Under the pieces are notes generated by a model. That model did not search any database. It worked only from the letters and a program-made list of their open reading frames with translations, and was not told where the DNA came from. A program made the translations under genes and the position numbers. 63,652 nucleotides of DNA. Origin: Octopus bimaculoides (lineage: Eukaryota). The stretch covers positions 32,932,107 to 32,995,758 of the forward strand of contig NC_068992.1 in assembly GCF_001194135.2 (NCBI RefSeq). The letters are read 5' to 3'. Below are positions 54,078-63,652 of this stretch, piece by piece (the stretch's first letter is position 1; each line of letters opens with the position of its first letter).

Positions 54078-56800
54078 CCAGCATGGCCACAATCAAATGA
54101 CTGAAACAAGTAAAAGAGTAAAAGAGTATATATATATATATATATATATATTGGTGGTGCAGTGGAAATTGACACTCATTAATCAGAAAACATTTCCCAG
54201 TTGGGAAATTAACAAAAATAATGAGTAAGTTAACTATAATTGCATGAGTAGCATGAGAGTAATTATACGAAATACAACTACATAATGTGTGAAATATATA
54301 AACCTCAATCACAATTGTAATTATAACATCCTGAGCAAATATCGATTTAATGAGGAATGCTAACAGAAAGGTATTGTATACAGAACCAAATCACCGCAAA
54401 AATACTAAATAGAATAGCAACTGTGGATTGCTGAAAATTTCCTCTACAACTGCTGTCTCGAGCAGAGGAAAAGCTTCTGCAAAATAAGCAATTTAAGTAT
54501 AAGAAATTTATCTTCTGATTGAGAAATGCAACTACTTTATGTTCTTGAAATGAATGATTGTTTATTAATAATTAACCTCAGCAATATTTGTCATATATTA
54601 GAACATCCTTATATAACCGTCAGCAAAAGAAAAGAAAGTATTTCCAAATGCAAGCATAGAGATAAATATTACCTAAAGAGCTTAGCTTTACAACTAGGCT
54701 CAGCAGTATACAGTTGTTGCCATCATACCTTGCTAAAACCAAAAACACTCAATGGGGCCAGCTAAGTGTTAAGCCTTCACAGAATGGAGAATAATTAGCA
54801 GAATACTTTGCGCCCACACACAGAAACACCAATCATGTACAATGTGGTAAAATTCATTAAGGATTCTAAAGGCAAAAGCAATTTATTTCGAGTTTGGCCT
54901 GTGTCAGCAAGAAACTGGGAATTTAAAATCTTAACAGTAATAAATTAATATACACATGTATGCACATGCACACACATATACACACACATTGATACACACA
55001 TGTGCATATAAATTTATATATATATATAAAGACAGATATAGATGTAAACAATGATGATGATGATGATGTCAGTGATATGCAATTATGTATGTGTGTGCAA
55101 GTAAATATGTTATTCTATATAGTTTTTGTTTTCTTGCATTTTCCCCACATATTTTAAGTAAAGGAAATAAACAGTAATAAAGTGGCAATAATCTACTGTC
55201 ATTGAAAAGAAGTTCCAATCTTGTCATAACCATTATGTTGCACTCATATGTAGTATTCTTATTTGAAGGCATTGCCAAAATAGACTGACGGATAAAGAAT
55301 ATAGCAACAAAAGGAAGTGGTTTATATTCTAGAAATCAAAAATTACTCTTTTAATAATTCTAACATATAATAACTGTATTCCATAACTTAGACATGTAAT
55401 TACCAAACTTTTTTTTTATGTAGAATGATTTGAAATGTGATGACATCAAAGCAAAACACATTTATTTATATGCACTCAAAATTGTGCTCTCAAAGCACTG
55501 TACCCACAATTTACAAAATTAAAAATCTATATAAAACCATATCCAAATAAACTGAATTTTGTAGATTGCTTATACTGGTTTATTTGTAGCTAGAAATAAA
55601 ACTACTATTAATAGTAGCTACTTAGTATTCAGATGGTTTTTTTTTGTCAACACTTTGGTTATATACTACCTAACTTTCAGATGATAAATTCTCTTATTAT
55701 GCCACCTTTCTAACTTGTGATGACCAAACCAGCTAGACTGTACTATTTATTATAACTCTTGCTTAAATAATTGAGATTGGTCAATTAAGCATGTAACTTT
55801 GTAAAACATTTTAACTATGAATGTACTAATTCAATAGTAAAAACAAATTAATTCTGTTTTGGTCAAAATCTGCTAATATATCATGTGTTATTGGAGTTAG
55901 TTACTCTTAGTGCTTGTTTAATGTGTCTGGTCTATATCAGGATAAATATAATAAAGATAAATGTCTTTATTGCAAACAGTATGCAATTATTTGTTGCTGT
56001 TTTTTTTTTCTTTATTTTTGATTAATTTATTAATTACTACAGCTAAAACATCAACAAGTATTGATAATATTTAAAAATAACATTTTTATATATCTGTACA
56101 AGCATCATATAGATTTTGAATTCAAATACACAGTAGGTATTTCGTTGTGTCTCTAAGCAAGACACTTTATTGTATCTGCTTCCGTTCTTGTATGCATTAA
56201 GAATAGGTAGCAATGTATTTGCTTTCAAACCTAAGGGAAACAACTGAAGATTAATTAAATAACCACGAACTACTTCCTTTTTCTTTCTCCTTTTTGTAGC
56301 ATGGAATTGACAGAAATGTTGGCACTCAACAATGAAGTAGAAATAGGTTAAAAGAAGACTTGCAGACAATAGCCCAACTAAAAGCATAATACAGAAACTC
56401 AAAGAGGAAGATGACATTCTGCATGTCCAACATGTAATTGCTTGACTCAGGTTGCTTGATTCATAAATTTCACTCTAAAGTGGTTTGATATATGAAGTGA
56501 ATCTTCATGTAAAAATTATAAGCAGATATCTGCAGTTTTCAAATCTGTTTCTGAAATCTTAAAGAAATGAATTTAGCAGAAAACAGTAAATTGTGCATAA
56601 ACTTGCTCTATGAAAATATCCCTGAATTCTTTCTTTACATCAGTAAGCTGAGTTACATAAGTTGATAAGGGATTCAGCACAATGGTGAATAGCTATCATA
56701 GTAGGGTTTGAACTTTGTCGCTTATTGCCCAATACCTTAATCTCACAACCACTGACTTTCTTTTAACAAAAAATAAATAAATAAATAAAAATCCACCATA

Positions 56801-57180
56801 GATGCAGGCATGGCTGTCTAGTAAGAAATTTGCTTCCCAACCACATGGTTCCATATTCAATCCCATTGCATGACACCTTGGGTAAGTCTTCTAGTAATGC
56901 CCCATAGCCACCCAAAGCTTTGTGTATGCGTTTGGTTGACAAAAACTGAAAGAAGCCCATCATATGTGCATGTGTGTGTGTATTGTCTCTCACTACCAAT
57001 TGTTGGTTTGTTTATGTTCCTGTAACTTAGTGGTTTGGCCTAAGAGACTGATTGAATAAGTACCAAGTATCAAAGCTACAAAACAAAAATTACTGAGATC
57101 AATTCATTTGACTAAAACCCTTCAAGGCAGTGTTCCAGTGTAGCTACAGTTCAATGAGTGAAACAAATAAAAGAAATCAA
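56801..57180 (+). mobile_element. tRNA-derived SINE, same family as 49010
   Basis: Head, accttgggtaagtc, aaaactgaaagaagccc and tail. Confidence 0.75.
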
Positions 57181-60089
57181 AATAAAGACATCTGTGTCAA
57201 ACATTTGTATAATCCAGGTTAGATTAATTTAGTTTTTAATATTTCAACCCCAAACTATTGTATGCTTCAAAAAAATGTACTGTTTTTTTAATGTATGAAA
57301 TGATTGTATTCAATGGTAAAATAAGCATAATTTTTCAGTCCTTAAGCAATGAAAGTAAATAAAGAAAATGTAAGGGGAATTAATGATTAACAAAGATGAA
57401 CTGAGAAGATTGTGTTTCTTGTTATGTATTGATGGGCACCATGTTCTATGGTTTCTTTGTCTGATTGATTGAAAAGCAAAATATTAGAGAAATTTATTTT
57501 TATATTGAGCTGATGACGATAATTTCTTTCATTATGTCACATAAGCATAATTATTCATGTATATTTTTATTTGATAACATAAGGTTTGTTTCAGAGTTTT
57601 AACAATTTTGTAATTAGAAGCATTGTATTTTCAGAGACACTTGATAAACAAATACAGAATATGCTTCAATCTGTGATACTCAGGTACATATGCAATTGAA
57701 ATCTTATGGTTAAATGAATTTTTGAAAGATTTTATCACTTGGATGATAAATGGATAACAACACTCTAATTGCTAATAAAATCACACAAGATCATTTTCAG
57801 CCTTTCTTTCTAACATTTCAGTTTTCAAATCTTAATAGAACCGACTTTGAACTAACATTTTCTTGGGCTGAAACGTTATGGTTAGTACTAATATTATCTG
57901 AATATCTTAACTACTATCTTCCTAACATTTATTAACTTACATCATTTTTTCCTTCAGGCAATCGAGTCAATTACTTGATTTTCATAATTGAATGTATCCA
58001 TCAATGATCAGTTTCTAGGACACCCAGTATCTCTTATGATCACATAGACTCAGCTACTCCTGATTCATTTATTTTCTGCCTTTCATCACCCATTTTGTGT
58101 CTATTCTCATCCTCATCTGCAATAATCATTATACCCAATCCTTCCTTATCGGAATGTTGGCCCTGAGGGATTCCCATCCTCCACATGTTTCCCCAGTGTT
58201 AGAGAACTTACAAAGGCTATAACCATGGTCTCATTATTCATGACCAAACCAATAAAAGGATTATTGAAAGAAAAAGATTACCTTCAAGCTCTAAACTAAT
58301 TAACCATGTGTCGATTTTGCAAAGTTGCATCTACTTTCCATAAGATATATCAGTTTGATTAATTTCAGGGAAACTCTAAAGTGCATGGACGTAGTTCCTT
58401 CCTCCATCCAAAAGGTAAAGAAAGGAGCATTTGAATCTATAGAAGCAATATTTCAAATTCTAGATTCTTTATCATATTTAGTCTTGTATTTTGCTCTTCT
58501 GGATTTTGTTTTTGTTATTGCTTCTCTTAGGATTAATAAAACATAGTGAATATTACTCTAAAGAAAACCCTAGTATGTCATAAACAAAATGATAGCATAA
58601 ATTATAGTGAGGTCAATTCATTTGACTAAAACCCTTCAAAGCAGTGTTCCAGAGTAGCTACAGTTCAATGAGTGAAACTTCCCCAATACAAAATAGGAAA
58701 TATACATAGATATCATACCCCCATACCCACATTTTACACAGGTAAAGTAGAACAGTTGATGGGCTTTTATGCAGATAGAGGTATGTATGTATGTGAGTGT
58801 GGGTGTGTGTGTGTGTGTGTGTGTGCATGCTCATGTATGTATGGGTAGGTACATAGGGTATATGAACAGACAACCACATAGGCAAATAGAGACTGAAACA
58901 CATGACCACATATACATACACATTTGTCCACACATATGAAGATGTGCACCCATACATGCAAACATGGTACATAACAGCAGAGCACACACACGTACACACA
59001 AGGAGACAGAGGTACATACCTACATATACACACATGCACATGCATACATAAAAAAAAACACACACACACAAATACAGAATACATACAAACATACATGCAA
59101 ACACACACATACATGCATATATACATACACACACATACATACATATATACATATGCACACACAGACATACATACACACACATGCACACATGCACGCATGC
59201 ATACATACACACACACTGAGACACACGCATGTGCAAAAAAAAAAGAAAAAAAAAGAAAAGCAAAAACAGAACGCAACATGAATAACGGACAGAGTCAAGA
59301 CTCTTGAAAAGGTTACAAGATGCAACGAAAATTTTAGGAAAATAAAAATAATAAGTGGAAATTTTAACGGTGAGTGTGTTAAATTTTAAGGCACGAAAAG
59401 AAAATGACTCTCCTCAGACACAACAGAAAATAATAGCATATTGCTAACTAGGTAATATTTCATATAAACTGTAAGCAATAAAACTTTTTGGTTCATATCA
59501 TCTTCCATGTTCAGGTTCAAATCCATCAGAGGTAAAGCTACTTCCATTTTTCTAGGATAGATAAAAATGCATGATGGCAGTGGAGGGGTGAATTCAATCA
59601 ATATTCTGTATTGCTATGAAACTGGCCAAGTGCCTGGTTAAAGAATTCATTAGTAACCATTTGCTTTGGTTTAGTTCATTGTATTACTTACCCCTTCATT
59701 CTCATCTCAATCATATGTCATAAACAGCTTATTTCTCTTATAAACAGACTTAACCTTGTCCAATCAAATATTTTTATTGTTCAAATTGTGGTGGTAATGA
59801 CTGTGATGGTGGCATTGGTGTTGATGGAAAATGTTCTGGCTTTTTATTTTCGTACTGATCTCAAAGTTCAAAGTTTGTAATATGACCTTTCTTCTTGACA
59901 TCAAAACTAGAGTTCATCTTTAATTATAATATTATCTTTTAGGGAAAATTCTACAAGTCATCTATGTTTCACTTTCTTCTCTTTATTGTCAGTTTCATTT
60001 CTGTTTAGTTTATTTATTCATTTATTCTTCTCAATTGCTCACAGAATCATTATGTCCATAGATCAGTTGACAGTTCCTTCATCCCCTAC

Positions 60090-60108
60090 CTGATTGTAAT
60101 TGTAACAT
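60090..60108 (-). CDS. 19-nt exon (MLQLQS); may instead read through to MLQLQSGRG*
   Basis: cccttcctttacag|...|gtaggg. In frame with 60369-60449. Confidence 0.5.
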
Positions 60109-60368
60109 CTGTAAAGGAAGGGCTAGAGAATGACTGACAGAAACATATTAACAGAGTAAAAGTAGATATTTTTATAAGGTTAAGTTGAAATGTATAATAC
60201 TTTTCACATAGGCATAGTGACATTTGTATATCATGTCTAGGCAAGAGTCTTAGTTAAACTTAAGCACTCAGAGTGTAAGTAGCATTTCTATAGGAAATAG
60301 CATAATGTAAGGTAACTATTAAATTTCTTTCAAAGAAACAAATGGATGATATCAGAGAGAATGAATAC

Positions 60369-60449
60369 CTGTCCTTCAAGTTCCAGTATTTTGTCTTTCA
60401 ATCTGTTGTTGCAATGGAAAAGATATTTTTTCTGTTTGTGTTCAAATTC
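60369..60449 (-). CDS. 81-nt exon of a coiled-coil-like protein (EFEHKQKKYLFHCNNRLKDKILELEGQ)
   Basis: cttgtcttcgtcttcag|...CAG|gtattc. Only phase 0 is open. Confidence 0.6.
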
Positions 60450-60733
60450 CTGAAGACGAAGACAAGGTACAGTGGAAATATGATAATCATATTTATCTTT
60501 AATAACCTTATTAGGTTTTTAGATCTTGCTTGGGCCAACTCAAACTTTCAAAATAAAAGTATGAATCAGATTGACCGAAGTTTATCCATTTATTTTTAAA
60601 CTTGATACAAGGTTGAAAATGACAGCTAAAATGACAGAGCAAAAAATGAAAACATTCCTCATGTATATTCAATGTGATTAAGAAGTTTGATTTATAAGCA
60701 AGTAATTCTGGGTCCAAACTCATTGTATGGTAC

Positions 60734-60777
60734 CTGTTGTTGTCTCAGGTTGACCAATAGCTTGTAAGTGAAATTTG
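60734..60777 (-). CDS. 44-nt exon (NFTYKLLVNLRQQQ)
   Basis: tactttctttcaag|...CAG|gtacca. Phase 1 to 0, matching the next exon. Confidence 0.55.
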
Positions 60778-60820
60778 CTTGAAAGAAAGTAGATGGAAGC
60801 ACATTACAAACATCCATATA

Positions 60821-61690
60821 TAGATGGTATCAAAAGGTTCCTGGACTAATTATGTTTAATAAAAAATAACTTATTTACTTCAATTTTAACATCATCTTCT
60901 TGAAAATAGTTACCTTGTGCAGCAATACACCAGTTCCAGCATTCCTGCCACTTTTGGAATCCGGCCTGGAAGTTGTTTTCCATAAACGAGTTGAGGACCT
61001 TCTGTGATTCACTCTTGATGTTAAAATTCACTCTTGGTGTTAAAATGGCGACTTTTGAGCTGCCGTATCATGTTGGGGAAGAGATGGAAGTCTTCATGTG
61101 CTCAATCTGGCAAATAGGGTGGGGGCAGAATTGATATCATGTTCTTTTTAGAGATGTTCTTCCTGCTCAGTGATCAGCAGATGGGGGGGGGGGAACTTGA
61201 CAGAGACTCACTGCATGTTCAATTTAAATGTTAGGATTGCCTGCATAGATCCATATGACACCAACATCAGCAATGTCGTTTATTGGCCTCTGACAATCCT
61301 CATGCACAAGCTGAAGAATTTTCTCCATATTTCTGGGGGTTTATGCTCATGGCAGGTCTTCTAGATCACTCATCGTTTTCCAGGGATGTTCTTCTACTTT
61401 TGAAGTGCCTGTACCACTCAAAACATTGTGTACAACCCATTGCCTCAATACCATAAGCTTGCCAAAGCATGCTCAATGTCTTTGTAGCAGACTTCCCAAG
61501 TTTAACACAAAATTTCATGTTAGTTCTTTGTTCCAACTTCCTGTCCATGACAAAAATTGCAGACAGCAGCATACATGTGATAACAACACAAATTTCACAA
61601 CTTGTGAAGTAAACCCAGTGATGTCACCCAGCACATTGCCTCATGAAGGTCACTGCAGAACAAATGCAGGACTTTTTTGATACTCCCTTG
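60821..61690 (-). mobile_element. Internally deleted mariner transposon
   Basis: MDRKLEQRTNMKFCVKLGKSAT...FEWYRHFKS and FQAGFQKWQECWNWCIAAQGNYF. Imperfect TIRs (gtatcaaaa..t.cctg) with TA flanks. Confidence 0.85.
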
Positions 61691-63599
61691 TATATACTTA
61701 TATACTTACATACACACACTATGACCTCCATCATCATCATCATCGTTATCATGCTAGTTTAAGTTGGACAGGTTGTCACAGACTGAATTATTTCCTATTG
61801 GAAGCTCACATCTCTATGTGAAAATGAGTCAACCTTTCAACTGAAGCTCAAATGTGTTATATGGTTTGGCTTCTATACCTGAATACCCTTCCTATCACCA
61901 ACCACTTTAAGAGAGTATTTATTGGTTGCATTTTCATGGCAACATCACTAAAGGGGTTAAATATAAGGAACTCAGAATTCTATTTATTCTCTGCTCAATT
62001 TTCTAACAACTTTACAGTGCACTAAATACATTCTGTGGCACCAGCAAGAGAGATAGTAACTAACTTGCTTATGTATTACTTTGTGAGAGTGCAAGTTGTC
62101 AGAGTTTGTTGTGGCACAGTATAGAAGGGGTGGTGCTCTGTATACAGGACAATGTATAAAATATTCAAAGCTAGGCCATGTAGCCCAAGGAGGGGAAATA
62201 AGAGAGGAGTGATGCCAGCAGTGAGATTAGAAGTGAATGAAGGGAACGTGTAAGTCCTGAGGGTATTCAATAACCTAGCATTTGTGGATTAGCTCAGGTA
62301 ACCAAGGAATGGATCAGAACAGAGGATGTTGATGTGAGAAGTTTCCTGGAGAACTGGATGAAAGTAAGGAATAGAAGTATGTTATTAGCATTAAAATTAT
62401 TTGAGATGGAATTGGGTAGGGAGTGATTGGAAACAGCAGAGGTGGATACAGGTAAAAGTAAGTGATGGGGTAAGTAGTTGATAAGTGGCAATAGAAGTGG
62501 CCTTGATTAATAGTGGAGTGTGCGAGGGCTAATAGTAGAGGTGAAAAGAGTGAGGGAGATATTCTAGACAGAAGGATCTTCAGCCTTTTATAAATAGATA
62601 TATAGTGAAGAGATGAGAGTGGAATGATCTAGTTTCTGCTACATACGCCTGCAATGGGGTGAAGAAGGATTCAGAGGAATGAGATGAACCAATGAAGTCT
62701 CACATGCATAGGCCTAGTGGAGGAGTAAAGCTGGACCAACAGAGAAGGAAGTCAGCAATAGGGGATGGGACCTTCAAAAGATTCAAAGTGTGAAGTGGTG
62801 AGAGGACAACATAATATATAATGTACATTTCATTATAACAGGCAGAGATCTACTGTAGGATTAGATATTATCAGTCAATATAGTGCTTTGTCATCTATAT
62901 GAGATGCAACATCTTCAGATGTGCCTTCACCACATCATCCTAAGTTTACCTTGGTAACACTTCTCCATGGGTTCCACTAACTTCTCAGCACTCCCTTATG
63001 CAGTGGTTGATTTTCACATATATCACATGCCCGTACCATTATGTTTGATTCCTCTTATACCCAGTTTATCATGCATCTTATTTGAAATTTGGTGTTGAAA
63101 GTATACTAACATTAGACAGCTATCATATCATGCTTAACTCATTTCTTTCTAGTTTTTACAAGTCTTCTGCAGTTAATTCTTATTTTATATTTGCTGAATT
63201 CCTAACTGTTACAAACGAAGTGTCAAGACACTTTTATTGACATCAAAACAGTTCTTGTGAATCTGGATTGGTTAGTGTGTACATATATGCACATGAATGT
63301 TTATGGGTAAACTTGCACTCATGTAATGGGTGTGTTTGTGACATTAGTACACAATAGTGTGTGCATCATTACTCTGTGTGTGCATGCATTTATGCTTGTG
63401 TGTATGTGTGTGAAAATTCCATATGTGCCTATGATTTTGTGTTCAGCCCAAGAACCTCAAGTTGTAAATCCTGGAATGCTGTAAATTTTTTCCCTCTACT
63501 ACTAACTACTGTTTTTGAAAAATGTGAACCAAATTGCTTTGTTCTTTCAAGGTTTTTATGTAAATCTGATGTTGCACAGCTCAATGTACCTATGGTCTT

Positions 63600-63652
63600 C
63601 ATTCATCATCATCATCATCATCGTTTAACGTCCGCTTTCCATGCTAGCATGG
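63600..63652 (-). mobile_element. Young RTE-type 3' tail, running off the window end
   Basis: (CAT)n cgtttaacgtccgctttccatgctagcatgg, identical to the 36185 copy. Confidence 0.8.

Noticed and set aside
56043-56417. 124-aa minus-strand ORF with a hydrophobic N-terminus
   Set aside because: Its N-terminus is read from a pyrimidine-rich stretch, there is no motif, and splice support is not consistent.
62000-62820. Purine-rich block that might be a Penelope RT on the minus strand
   Set aside because: I could not recover diagnostic motifs such as RYIDD or GIY-YIG.

Overview
AT-rich, repeat-dense animal genomic DNA. The SINE and RTE-tail repeat families and the very dense (TA)n/(TG)n/(CT)n/(ATT)n microsatellites look like an octopus genome (recognised from memory, not searched). 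Most of the window is intron-like sequence filled with decayed mobile elements: Tc1, four mariner pieces, nested MITEs, RLE-type (R4/Dong-like), Tx1, RTE and CR1-like LINEs, a deleted Gypsy, a Helitron helicase fragment and tRNA-derived SINEs. No complete, identifiable host gene is visible. Two clusters of short, phase-consistent exons lie on the minus strand (137-669 with a stop codon, and a coiled-coil-like cluster at 60090-60777). Weaker candidate exons lie between them on both strands. Almost all ORFs in the supplied track are microsatellite or N-gap artefacts. Highlights are a Penelope-type hammerhead ribozyme motif at ~51.95 kb, a 291-bp palindrome at ~19.7 kb, head-to-tail RLE-LINE arrays, and an unclassified dispersed repeat that replaced part of a mariner transposase. 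Element boundaries without TIR/TSD evidence are approximate.
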